Below, in pieces: positions 19,801 to 28,379 of a stretch of 64,000 nt of DNA (position 1 is its first letter; every line of letters begins with the position of its first letter). The stretch lies in IMG/VR virus record IMGVR_UViG_3300043446_005562, positions 124,001 through 188,000 of that record. One strand, 5' to 3'. The position numbers and the translations under genes were made by a program. Under the pieces are notes generated by a model, which saw only the letters and a program-made list of their open reading frames with translations, had not been told where the DNA came from and made no database searches.

Positions 19801-19841
19801 CCACTGGACTTGAACCTGTTCAGATTTAATTTTTCTGCCAT
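16803..19841 (-). CDS. gp18: Contractile tail sheath protein (gp18-like, 1012 aa with large insertions)
   Basis: N-terminal SSGVYTIEIDES...GSSKKGPIN; C-terminal IPPAMYVA, RDYLEPAGFN, SALNNIHVRE, FDFNDVTTR, FDDSNN. Confidence 0.9.
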   Translation of the reverse strand: MAEKLNLNRFKSSGVYTIEIDESTNLSLPISTGRLVIGSSKKGPINSVVLVNDTRTLNAVYGDIDTKLEKNGSYFHRTIDVGLKLGPVYALNVLPVSDTDIAYFKTFNTESASNNSTWSANTNSDSMSHFYNTQKLWFADGNQVSKYKNINLGDDYIVSPGTYGEADKDANKIFTLVNLSRKDITAWVRVADTNGYDISVKDYYRLLSDKAEIPEYLNVDDIVADYFVELIVVEGNWTDYLKLANDPVYKQYFTAAGIIDSKIGDFVSLKEVKLIAKSQGAIIPDFRDLTGTVVSIDNVFNRLFAQTGIYCAIDSKKVDLIDLTNATFDSGSSIEAMSEQRIDLVGYGFDELNTTDNSKTQYIVDDGITGVNPVALVDVLSYTKPADSTFYFALDTYSATYASGETYIKTTGTDTIIAVQGSKLYNAYSNGFIKSGDLLKYTDASSNTQSLYLGTDGEFKTQNSVKYLVFSAYSDITRTNQVDVESIADGGSDYLWIANATSSTFKHDFDLADTGMFITYSYFAPNKIVFEVDPTLYGNPSKSESNTANIAAGYAYSATKRSLVDDFFKPGQYLKAKIKVDGNGDPIERNRALRIKSVYAQKIQKTGFGPSSSTVTTLKYTITTDSSVDENNLGIWFDTDNSSIRAIKGIKNFVKNLKGALVPAMNLSDVDLYPNGTADRQDVILDYVMTGSNLGSTLADNETVDFRYIIDSFEGQISSQSKQQIVQLAANHGKALAICNAPSFAQYEKSVDPSFIDLTTRLVSTEAISTGGDLGSNPAFTMGFASGDKNGIPISSYSAYFMPNVVIYENGKNKSIPPAMYVANAFMKKYTSGNTFSIVGGKRGILTDGEITGLEYDLTNEDRDYLEPAGFNLIVRRRGFGVMVFSNNTGYQRVKSALNNIHVREALVTIERDIERILLNFLFDFNDVTTRMRVKTLVKNYLASVQDARGIASAEVIFDDSNNGVEVLENNAGIIDIIVDFPRGIHKFINRITITRAGGQLASNSTGFTPSF

Positions 19842-19870
19842 CGCGTGCTATTGTTATTTTTTAAAGTTAT

Positions 19871-19940
19871 TTATTTATCAGTCTATTCCCAAATTTGAGT
19901 TTTTAACAGTTTGATTTTGGCATCGCCAAGGTTATTTATC
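19871..19940 (-). promoter_or_regulatory. Two late promoter boxes (GATAAATAA at 19871-19879 and 19932-19940) for the tail sheath
   Basis: TTATTTATC twice on the + strand upstream of the sheath start. Confidence 0.7.
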
Positions 19941-19961
19941 AATTGTCCAGATGCTAAAGTT

Positions 19962-19988
19962 AAACCTTTTTCATTTTCTGAATAAAAG
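19962..19988 (+). promoter_or_regulatory. Early/middle promoter AAAC-N17-TAAAAG
   Basis: Divergent from the sheath late promoters; upstream of the dCTPase gene. Confidence 0.55.
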
Positions 19989-20009
19989 AGAGTATAAAAC
20001 TGTACAAAT

Positions 20010-20489
20010 ATGGCAAATACTGACAATTCTTGCGCAAACCTCGATATTAAAGACTATTGGAGAGATCGAGTTGACTCAAATCAGGACACTTTAGGTGACA
20101 TTATGACAATTCAGGCTCAAACTCAAAAAAATGCATACGGTTATAATTTCGAAGAGATGACCTTGCGTGATTTAATGAACTTTTGGCACATGAACAATCA
20201 TGCAATGATTGACGAAATTCATGAAGCGACCGACGCGCTAGGCGGAATCAAGGACGGCGACGGCAATGCTATCTGGAAACGTTGGAAAAAAGCCCACGAG
20301 AGCTTTTCTGACAAAAAGTTCTCAGATCTATCTGCTTCTGACCAATTAGAATGTAAATTCGAGATTATTGATATGCTTCATTTCTTTATGAATTATGCAA
20401 TTTCAGTTGGAATGACTGCCCAGGAAATGTATAACATGTACATGGTCAAAAATGAAGAAAATTGGGCTAGGCAACAGAGGGGCTATTAA
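20010..20489 (+). CDS. gp56: dCTP/dUTP pyrophosphatase, T4 gp56-like (all-alpha NTP-PPase)
   Basis: NSCANL, IDEIHEA, AIWKRWK, DQLECKFEIIDMLHFFMN and KNEENWARQQRGY closely parallel T4 gp56. Confidence 0.85.
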   Translation: MANTDNSCANLDIKDYWRDRVDSNQDTLGDIMTIQAQTQKNAYGYNFEEMTLRDLMNFWHMNNHAMIDEIHEATDALGGIKDGDGNAIWKRWKKAHESFSDKKFSDLSASDQLECKFEIIDMLHFFMNYAISVGMTAQEMYNMYMVKNEENWARQQRGY

Positions 20490-20506
20490 TTTAGTATATT
20501 AAACCC

Positions 20507-20863
20507 ATGATACAGGAAATTTTAACCAATAGCTTGGGTTGGCCAGGCCGAATGATATCCGGTAGTAAAAGCGGATATCGTAATACTAATCCAAAAAACT
20601 TTGCAATTTTCAATGCAAATATTTGTACTAGAGCAGGTAAAGTTTGGTTTGGCGACATTGATCTCACTTTACAAAAAGCCAAGCTACAGGAGATTGCCCA
20701 GAGCCTAAATGAAACTCTGTACGTGCTTTATGAAATGGATGCGCGTTTTGAAAATGAGAATTCTCCACTACTTGAAAAGGCTGCCGCTACTTTTCTACCA
20801 GACGGCACAGTTGAAGTAAAACCAGATTTAGTACAATATATTGATAAAAGCTTTTTTGAATGA
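20507..20863 (+). CDS. Hypothetical protein
   Basis: 118-aa ORF; ATGA overlap with the polymerase gene. Confidence 0.6.
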   Translation: MIQEILTNSLGWPGRMISGSKSGYRNTNPKNFAIFNANICTRAGKVWFGDIDLTLQKAKLQEIAQSLNETLYVLYEMDARFENENSPLLEKAAATFLPDGTVEVKPDLVQYIDKSFFE

Positions 20864-22251
20864 TAGTAAGCACAGAATTTAACGGACAAGACTCCACGCT
20901 AGTTGTTTCATATTATGATGAGACTGGTAATATTGCATTTGTAAAAAAACCAATACAGCAAGCAGATCTTTTTAACTGGGCAACCACGCCAAATCCAACT
21001 GAATTTAGAAATTGGGATAACCGATTTCTTAAAAAGGTTCCAAACAAGTGGTTGAGCCGATTTAGGCTTGAAGAATTGACGCAAAGCCGCCTTAACCAAT
21101 CTGAACTAGATTTGATCTATTCGGATCTTAGTCCAAAGAAATACTATCTAGATATTGAGATTCAATTAACTTCTCAAGAATTTCCGGATCCAGCAAAAGC
21201 CTTAATGCCGGTCAATCTAATTACATTTGTTAATGAAGATAACGTATGCTTCATCATGTCAACCATGAAAGATCTGCAGCCAACAGTAATGAAGCAAATG
21301 GAGTCCGAGGTCAATGACTATTTCAAAGCTCACAATCAAACATTTACACTTAAATATCTTTTCTTTGAGAAAGAAGAAGATTTAATGGCAACGTTTTTTC
21401 ACAAAGTTCTTCCAAAAATTCCATTCTTAACTGGCTGGAATGTAATTGGTTTTGACTGGATCTATTTGATAAATCGTTGCAAGCGTTTAAACATTGATCC
21501 AATGGAAACCATGCCGTGCAGCAAATTAATCGGTCAATCAAAAATGCCAGTGCACTTAGGTTTGCTCGATTACATGGAAGTTTTCATGAATACCAAGCCT
21601 TATAAAGTAGTTGAAAATTACAAGCTCGACTATATTGCAAATCTAGTATTGGGTACAACTAAATTACACAGCGAATACGCAACAATGATGGAAGCTCAGC
21701 AAGACATTGAGAACTTCGTCAAGTACAACGTGATTGATACAATTCTAGTCAAACTACTAGAAGACAAACTTGGTCTACTTGATGTTGCCTTTGCAATTTC
21801 AAAATTTGCGAAAGTCGACGTGTCAAAAGTATTCTCAGCAGTATTCATTACCGAAACTCTGATGTGTCGTGAATTCTTAGAGCGCGGCCGTTTTATGGCA
21901 AATGACAAGCGTGATATTGAAAGCGAAGCGACCTATGATGGCGCGTATGTTGCAAAACCTGAACCCGGATATTATAAGTACGTTTCATGTTTCGACTTTG
22001 CATCAATGTATCCAAACATTCAGATTCAATTTAACATTTCGCCAGATGCCTATATGGGTAAAAAGAAGTCAGATTCGCAACTTACCCCGGAAACTATCTT
22101 GACAAAAAATGATACAATATTTACAAAGAAGTTTGATTCGGCAGCTCGAACCATTTTAACAAGATTATACAATGGTCGTGTTGAAACCAAAGGTCAAATG
22201 AAAAAACTAGAAGAACAACTTCAAAGTGAAAAAAATACTAAAAAAGCTTAA
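20860..22251 (+). CDS. gp43: Family B DNA polymerase, N-terminal subunit (exonuclease + motif A); split gp43A-like
   Basis: YLDIE (ExoI), TGWNVIGFDW (ExoII), YKLDYIA, YNVIDT (ExoIII), YDGAYV, FDFASMYP (motif A); ends in the first fingers helix, with no KxxxNSxYG or YGDTDS. Confidence 0.88.
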   Translation: MIVSTEFNGQDSTLVVSYYDETGNIAFVKKPIQQADLFNWATTPNPTEFRNWDNRFLKKVPNKWLSRFRLEELTQSRLNQSELDLIYSDLSPKKYYLDIEIQLTSQEFPDPAKALMPVNLITFVNEDNVCFIMSTMKDLQPTVMKQMESEVNDYFKAHNQTFTLKYLFFEKEEDLMATFFHKVLPKIPFLTGWNVIGFDWIYLINRCKRLNIDPMETMPCSKLIGQSKMPVHLGLLDYMEVFMNTKPYKVVENYKLDYIANLVLGTTKLHSEYATMMEAQQDIENFVKYNVIDTILVKLLEDKLGLLDVAFAISKFAKVDVSKVFSAVFITETLMCREFLERGRFMANDKRDIESEATYDGAYVAKPEPGYYKYVSCFDFASMYPNIQIQFNISPDAYMGKKKSDSQLTPETILTKNDTIFTKKFDSAARTILTRLYNGRVETKGQMKKLEEQLQSEKNTKKA

Positions 22252-22261
22252 GAAAATTATT

Positions 22262-22897
22262 ATGGGTTACGATATAGATGCTCTTATTGCTGTCAAGGAC
22301 AGTTTTCAGGGAAACAACTTTCAATGGATAAAAACAAACGATCGTTCCAAACTTGGAAAGGTGGTTAGAGTGGTTGATGTTGCCCCAGGCAGAAATGGCT
22401 ACATTGCAAAATTATCAGACGGTTCAACCATTCCAACCGATCAATTGACCAGCAATTTAATGATGTTGATGGATGATCAGCCAGCGCTAAGCATGGAAGA
22501 GGTAATGTCAATCAATTATGTGCCTGGTCTTGACGGTGAAGTCAAAGTTGCTGAAACAATCCCAGCTGATTTTAAAGAAGAAATTTTATCGCAGCCTGGA
22601 CCCAAGGCCCAACCTGTTGCAGCTGCTCCTCAGCAAAAATCTCAAGCTGATCCGGGAGATCTATTTGGCATGTTTTCTCTTGAGGATACTGACATGACCC
22701 TAACAGTTTCAGTTAAATTACCTGCAAAGAATCTATTAAAAATGATGTATTCTAACTCGCAGGATCAGGATCAATTCTTAAATCGATTGGCCAGCTATAT
22801 AAATAATAGTGTTACGCCTGATTCAATTAAAGACTCCTTAAAAAAGTCATTGGGTCAAGATAAAAAGAAGAAAACTGATGTACCTTCAGCCCAATAA
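22262..22897 (+). CDS. Hypothetical protein
   Basis: ORF in operon, likely start MGYDID; no polymerase motifs. Confidence 0.6.
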   Translation: MGYDIDALIAVKDSFQGNNFQWIKTNDRSKLGKVVRVVDVAPGRNGYIAKLSDGSTIPTDQLTSNLMMLMDDQPALSMEEVMSINYVPGLDGEVKVAETIPADFKEEILSQPGPKAQPVAAAPQQKSQADPGDLFGMFSLEDTDMTLTVSVKLPAKNLLKMMYSNSQDQDQFLNRLASYINNSVTPDSIKDSLKKSLGQDKKKKTDVPSAQ

Positions 22898-23465
22898 GAT
22901 AAACAAGAGCACTTCTCAATTATTAAATGGAGATTTTGATCTGGTCTCATTGACTCGAGACTCACAAAAGCTTGATAAACTTACCTGCAAGCTCAATTAT
23001 ATTGCAATTTTACCGTTTGAAAGAACTGCAGACGACAGAATTAAAGCAGTGTACGGCTTAAAATTTGAAAATCATGCAACTGGGCAGACCGATACAAGTT
23101 TATTAATTGATATAGTTGATCCAACCAAGGATCAGACCCCATTTGATACAGTTTGTAGAGCTCTACTCGAAGAAGCTGGCGTAAATGTTGAAGAGCTTGG
23201 CGTTGATGAAAATGACATTTTTTATCTGGGCACAATTTCAACCACAACCCCCGTTAATTCTAAATTCAAATGTTATGCAGTTGACCTAACTAATGCTGCA
23301 AACCCGGAGTCCCCAATCGAGTTCGCAAGAACTCTTTCCAAGTCCAATTTTGACAAGGACTCCTCAGAAATAGTTAAAATTGGCTTTCATCAAGTCGTAA
23401 ATGGCGACTTCACCGACTCAACCATTCTTGCCGGCTCATTTTTATTGGTTTCATATTTTAATTGA
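22878..23465 (+). CDS. Nudix-fold protein with degenerate Nudix box
   Basis: IAILPF...TPFDTVCRALLEEAGV...FYLG; TATAAATAA late box at 22798-22806 upstream. Confidence 0.6.
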   Translation: MYLQPNKINKSTSQLLNGDFDLVSLTRDSQKLDKLTCKLNYIAILPFERTADDRIKAVYGLKFENHATGQTDTSLLIDIVDPTKDQTPFDTVCRALLEEAGVNVEELGVDENDIFYLGTISTTTPVNSKFKCYAVDLTNAANPESPIEFARTLSKSNFDKDSSEIVKIGFHQVVNGDFTDSTILAGSFLLVSYFN

Positions 23466-23491
23466 AACTAGGGTAAATCTCAGTGTAAAAG
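23465..23491 (+). promoter_or_regulatory. Early/middle promoter AAAC-N17-TAAAAG
   Basis: Upstream of uvsX; conserved spacing. Confidence 0.55.
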
Positions 23492-23516
23492 AATACTGAA
23501 ATTAAACTCTAATAAA

Positions 23517-24710
23517 ATGGCAAAAACTACAATGGACGCTTTCGCAAAGTTTAACGACTTGCTAGAGAAAAAGGTAAAATCAAAAATTGAAATTCGCGGA
23601 TTTTCGGATATTGAGGAGTACATCCCAACCGGAAACTATTTGTTAAATGCTCAAATGTCGGGCTCTCTATTTGGCGGATACCCAAACACTAGAAGCATTG
23701 GAATCGCTGGTGACTCTGGTGCTGGTAAAACATTCTTGTGCTTAAATGCGGTTCGCGAGCTGCAAAAAAAGGACTACATGGTCATTTACATTGATACCGA
23801 GGGCGCAATTGACTCAACTGACTATGTAAAATTCGGAGTTGATCTAAGCAAATTAAAGTATTTAAGAATGGGTATGATTAGCGAAGTTAAATTCTTTGTT
23901 AATGACCTTATTGAAACAATCAAGGAGAACCCTGGCCTTAAGATTGCTCTTTTTGTTGACTCAGTCGGCATGCTAGACACTGATAAGAGTAAGCGAGATA
24001 TGGAAGCTGGTAAAAATGCAGCTGATATGGGTCTTCGTGCAAAGGAGATGCGCGCACTATTCAAATCTTTGACCCTAGATCTTTCTAACTACAAGGTGCC
24101 TTTTATTTTTACTAATCACACCTATGCGTCAATGGATCAATACACGCCAAAGGGCATGTCAGGCGGAGGCGGTCCAGAATTCTCAGCTTCAATTATTTTG
24201 ATGCTAAGTAAGGGAACTTTACGTGATGAGGCTAAGACAACGACCGGCATCATTGTTAGATCTAAAACCAAAAAGAATCGTCTTGCCAAACCTATCGATA
24301 TTGAATTTCACATTTCATTTCATAAAGGTATGAATCCATTCGTTGGACTAGAGCAATACGTGAATTGGGAAAACTGTGGAGTTGGTCGCGGTAATAAATT
24401 GACCGAAAAAGAATTTTTAAAGCTTAAGTCAGATGAGTCTGAACTGTGCTCAAAATTTGAAGTAAACGGCGAAACTTTTTATTTTCTACCTAAAAAATTA
24501 GGTAAAACCTATATCATTAGACACAATGGAGACGCTGTTCCAGTTAAGGAATTCTTTTCAGCTCGACTTTTCACAAATGAGGTCTTGACTGAACTTGATG
24601 AGAAGATTATTAAACCTACTTTTAAATTCCCAGAAACACAAGACGGAATTGACAGTATGGAAACTGACGAATTAGAAGACTTAACCACAAACGAAGAGCA
24701 TGACCTTTAA
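23517..24710 (+). CDS. uvsX: RecA-like recombinase UvsX
   Basis: IPTGNYLLN, GDSGAGKT (Walker A), YIDTE, FVDSVGML, DMGLRAK, FTNHTY, MSGGGG. Confidence 0.93.
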   Translation: MAKTTMDAFAKFNDLLEKKVKSKIEIRGFSDIEEYIPTGNYLLNAQMSGSLFGGYPNTRSIGIAGDSGAGKTFLCLNAVRELQKKDYMVIYIDTEGAIDSTDYVKFGVDLSKLKYLRMGMISEVKFFVNDLIETIKENPGLKIALFVDSVGMLDTDKSKRDMEAGKNAADMGLRAKEMRALFKSLTLDLSNYKVPFIFTNHTYASMDQYTPKGMSGGGGPEFSASIILMLSKGTLRDEAKTTTGIIVRSKTKKNRLAKPIDIEFHISFHKGMNPFVGLEQYVNWENCGVGRGNKLTEKEFLKLKSDESELCSKFEVNGETFYFLPKKLGKTYIIRHNGDAVPVKEFFSARLFTNEVLTELDEKIIKPTFKFPETQDGIDSMETDELEDLTTNEEHDL

Positions 24711-25038
24711 GATACAAGATGGGTTGCCTATTAAATATTCCCTAGCCCTACACCCAGCTCTACCAGGTTATCCAAGCCAGTCTGATTTCATGTTTGATGT
24801 AGCCTCACATATTGTTAGGGTTACTGAATTAAAGTCAAAGGACTGGGCCTCAAACGATATCAAGTTTTCAACAAAAACTCTTAAGTATGTTTTTGGAGAA
24901 CACATGAAATCTGAAACTTTCAAGGAAAAGATCAAGACCATCCTGAAAGACCTACTTGAATCCGGTAAACTAGTAAAAAAAGGCGAATTTATTTTTATAC
25001 CCGAATCCGAATTTTCTAAGTACTATATAATAGCGTAA
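24700..25038 (+). CDS. Hypothetical protein, possible winged-helix
   Basis: C-terminal ILKDLLESGKLVKKGEFIFI resembles a recognition helix plus wing. Confidence 0.5.
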   Translation: MTFKIQDGLPIKYSLALHPALPGYPSQSDFMFDVASHIVRVTELKSKDWASNDIKFSTKTLKYVFGEHMKSETFKEKIKTILKDLLESGKLVKKGEFIFIPESEFSKYYIIA

Positions 25039-25059
25039 ATACACGCTCACCCAAAAACT

Positions 25060-26601
25060 ATGATGATTGATTTTAAAGAAAATATCGAACTCTTAGAGAA
25101 GATAATTTTCAATTTTATTTTGACAGAGGAAGATAATGAAGTCGTAATTAAACCCAAGAATTACGATTCGTTGGACATGAGAGAAATCATCCCAATGGTA
25201 AAGCCTCACTATTTTAATGATGATAATTTACAGAGACTTTATCGTGAAGCTAAAAAATTCTTTCTAGAATACAAGAAAATTCCAACTCGAAATGAATTGA
25301 AACAGCTTGCAAATCTTGCAAATATGGATATCCCGGATGCAAAATTTAATAGCTATTTTGAAGTTGATTTGGGCAGCTATAATTACGATTTCTTATTTAA
25401 GTACACAAAGGCTTTCATCTTTTACAAGAATCTAAATGAGTCCGTAATTGACGTTTTATCGTTTATTAAGACAACCGACGTCAATCCTGAAAACGTTGAG
25501 ATTATAACAAATCAAGTAAGAGAAAAATTTAATGAGAAGCTCAATGTCTCTTTTACAAGCGCAGAGTCTGGTCTAAACTTCTTTAATTCAATAGATCATA
25601 TTCAGTTGAGTAAAATCGGAAATCCAAGTGGCTTTAAATTCTTTGACAAGACTCTAGGCGGAGGTTGGAACCCCAAAACCCTGGTCGTTTTTCAGGGCAG
25701 ACCAAAGGTTGGTAAATCGATGGTGCTCTCGAATATTGCAGGCCGAGCCTTTATTTCGGGCTGTAATGTTGGTATTGCAACTCTTGAGTTATCCGATCGT
25801 AAATACATGAAGCGATTAGGCTCAATGATTCTAGATATTCCATTCAAGGATTACGATTCAATGCTTGAGCCGGGTCATGTTTCTACAGTTGAGGCAAGAA
25901 TGAAGACCTTAAAAGAAACTGTTACAACGCTTGGTGAATTACAAGTAAAGGAATTTCCAACCGGAACAGCAACGGCAATCGATATTGAAAACTATTTCTT
26001 AAAGGTTCAGCAGAACACTGGTAAAAAATTCACAGTAATTGTTGTGGACTACATCAATCTGATGAGACCTATGCGAGAACAGGGCAATACTTATGAAAAG
26101 ATCAAGGTAATTTCTGAGGAGCTTAGGGCCGTTGCAATTCGAAACGAATGGTGCATTATCACAGCAACTCAAATCAAAAGGGACGCGGTTGACGATCAAG
26201 ATCTTAGTATGTCAGACATTGCCGAATCATTTGGTTTAGTTCATACAGTAGATTCTCTATTCGGTCTTATGCGAGGTCCAATGGAGAAGAGAATGAAGAT
26301 TAAACTGATTGCGAATCGAGATGGAGGCTATAATGAAAGTTTCAAAATGTTTCGTATGAGTTATGAATTCGCAAAATTAATTGAGGAAACCGACCCAGCA
26401 TCAGAATTCTATTCAGACGATGATGACACGCAATCATTAGAAAATCAAATGCGTAATCAATATCAAACCGCCGCAACAACTACATTACCTCCAAATTTAA
26501 TTCCGTATGACGTTGCAATTAGCCCAGACTATCCAGTAAAAGAGGCAATTGCGCCAAAACCTTCAACGAATTACGATGACATATTAAACATGATTCAATA
26601 A
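25060..26601 (+). CDS. gp41: Replicative DnaB-like helicase, T4 gp41-like
   Basis: GRPKVGKS, ATLELS, VKEFPTG, IVVDYINLM, ISEELRAVA, TATQIKR, IAESFG. Confidence 0.92.
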   Translation: MMIDFKENIELLEKIIFNFILTEEDNEVVIKPKNYDSLDMREIIPMVKPHYFNDDNLQRLYREAKKFFLEYKKIPTRNELKQLANLANMDIPDAKFNSYFEVDLGSYNYDFLFKYTKAFIFYKNLNESVIDVLSFIKTTDVNPENVEIITNQVREKFNEKLNVSFTSAESGLNFFNSIDHIQLSKIGNPSGFKFFDKTLGGGWNPKTLVVFQGRPKVGKSMVLSNIAGRAFISGCNVGIATLELSDRKYMKRLGSMILDIPFKDYDSMLEPGHVSTVEARMKTLKETVTTLGELQVKEFPTGTATAIDIENYFLKVQQNTGKKFTVIVVDYINLMRPMREQGNTYEKIKVISEELRAVAIRNEWCIITATQIKRDAVDDQDLSMSDIAESFGLVHTVDSLFGLMRGPMEKRMKIKLIANRDGGYNESFKMFRMSYEFAKLIEETDPASEFYSDDDDTQSLENQMRNQYQTAATTTLPPNLIPYDVAISPDYPVKEAIAPKPSTNYDDILNMIQ

Positions 26602-26616
26602 AAAAACCAGCATATT

Positions 26617-27261
26617 TTGAAAAAGAAGAAAAATGAAGAGCTGTTTGAGGATCTAGGATTCGAAGAACAGGATAATTTAGTAGATGATGATTCGGATTTT
26701 GAGCTGTACGACGTTGATGAAGAAGAAGATCCAGCTGAGTTAGAAAGACGTAGAGTTGAATACGCAAAACTTCGTAAGAACGATAAGATATTCAATAACT
26801 CATACAACATGGGTCAAAATCTCTCAGAAGACGAAGAGGATCTCCGGTCAAGTTCTGAAATTAAGTTGGACGTAAGTTCTCCAGACTATCATCTATACGA
26901 TCGAGATCAATACTCAGATCACATGGACAACAAGATAACACAGTACGATATTGATCAATATGTCATGGAATCCAGTGAAATACAGGGAATCTTGGGTGAC
27001 CAGCCGGACAAACGTAAATTCAGCAAAGCTGAGATAAATCAAATATTCATATTGATTTTAAACGGCGTAAGCCGTGGCCAAACCGCTAGCGTGTTCGTAA
27101 GCCCAATTCACGTGTTGGATGCAATTTCTTCCTTAACAACGATGGAATACAAGAAACTTTTTGACATGTTAACGTATGAACATAAAGAGCTACTGCTGCT
27201 GGAACTAAATAAAAAATATGGATTTTTGGACAAGCCTTCTAAAAATCTAAAAATGTTTTAA
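26617..27261 (+). CDS. Hypothetical acidic protein
   Basis: 214-aa ORF (TTG start) between the helicase and gp47. Confidence 0.6.
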   Translation: MKKKKNEELFEDLGFEEQDNLVDDDSDFELYDVDEEEDPAELERRRVEYAKLRKNDKIFNNSYNMGQNLSEDEEDLRSSSEIKLDVSSPDYHLYDRDQYSDHMDNKITQYDIDQYVMESSEIQGILGDQPDKRKFSKAEINQIFILILNGVSRGQTASVFVSPIHVLDAISSLTTMEYKKLFDMLTYEHKELLLLELNKKYGFLDKPSKNLKMF

Positions 27262-27263
27262 TA

Positions 27264-28379
27264 ATGAAATTAGCTAACATTAGAAAAATAAATCTGGTTG
27301 GAGATTTACATCTTGGTATTAGAAATAACTCAGTTGAGTGGTTAGAGATTCAAAAGGACTTTTTAACAGACTTTTTATTTCAAACAATCGATCAGGACTT
27401 TGATGAAGATCGGGACATTTTAATTCTAGAAGGCGATATTTTTCATTCTAGAGAATCAATCAATGTCAGAATTCAGAACGAAGCTTTTGATATTTTTAAA
27501 AAGCTTGCTGCTAAATTTAAACGTGGAGTCTATATCATAATTGGCAACCATGACGTCTACTATAAGGATAAGAATGAAGTTCACTCGCTAAAATCATTAA
27601 GTTACCTATCGGATAATATTCATGTATTTGAAACGCCTGAGGTCTTGACAATAAATGAATCTCATAATTTTTTGATGTTGCCATGGATTGAAGACGTGTC
27701 TAGGCTATCTAATGTAGTAAATGATTACCGTAATATTTGTCAGTATATTGTCTGCCATGCCGATATCAAGGGTTTAAAATTTAACAAGTGGACTCATGTT
27801 GAACATGGTATTGAGATTGATGCGCTTGACTCCTATAAAAGAGTTTGGGGCGGACACATTCACCATCGTCAAGAAAGTCGTAATGTTCTCTATACCGGTA
27901 CTCCATATCAAATGGATCGTGGCGATATGGGCAATGTCAAAGGCTTTTATCAGTTAAGAGTAGACACGCCAGTCTTGACTGAAGAGTTTATAGAAAATAC
28001 TCAGTCTCCAAGCTTTGTTAAATTTGATATTATGAATGTCTTGGAAATGCCATTAGCCGAAATTCAAGAAAAATTCAATAATAATTTTGTTGATCTAATG
28101 ATTAACGTTAATTTTGCAAACAGATTTTCGGTTACCAGATTTCTAGAAGAGATTTCAGATATCCCACACCGCAAAATAGAATTCTTTACCTATGTTGATC
28201 AGACTCAAGCTGAGGCTGAAATGAACTCTGAGTTCAATCCGGAAGAAGGTTTCAATATTACTGATATTTTCAAAATGTACGTCAAGTCTAGAGACTATTC
28301 TCAAGAATTCAAATCGGATTTGGCTCGTAAATTTGTGGAAATCCATCAACTAGTAAAACAAGATAATTCGTATGCCTAA
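27264..28379 (+). CDS. gp47: Recombination nuclease subunit (gp47/Mre11/SbcD)
   Basis: GDLHLG, GDIFH, GNHD and GHIH metallophosphoesterase motifs; YTGTPYQ. Confidence 0.93.
   Translation: MKLANIRKINLVGDLHLGIRNNSVEWLEIQKDFLTDFLFQTIDQDFDEDRDILILEGDIFHSRESINVRIQNEAFDIFKKLAAKFKRGVYIIIGNHDVYYKDKNEVHSLKSLSYLSDNIHVFETPEVLTINESHNFLMLPWIEDVSRLSNVVNDYRNICQYIVCHADIKGLKFNKWTHVEHGIEIDALDSYKRVWGGHIHHRQESRNVLYTGTPYQMDRGDMGNVKGFYQLRVDTPVLTEEFIENTQSPSFVKFDIMNVLEMPLAEIQEKFNNNFVDLMINVNFANRFSVTRFLEEISDIPHRKIEFFTYVDQTQAEAEMNSEFNPEEGFNITDIFKMYVKSRDYSQEFKSDLARKFVEIHQLVKQDNSYA

Noticed and set aside
22200-22897. Programmed frameshift joining the polymerase to the overlapping 22226 ORF through A-runs
   Set aside because: The downstream frame has no polymerase motif B or C, so a shift would not complete the enzyme.
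8231-26601. Introns or inteins in nrdA, nrdB, uvsX or the helicase
   Set aside because: ORFs are continuous, of ordinary length, and show no intein or homing-endonuclease motifs.
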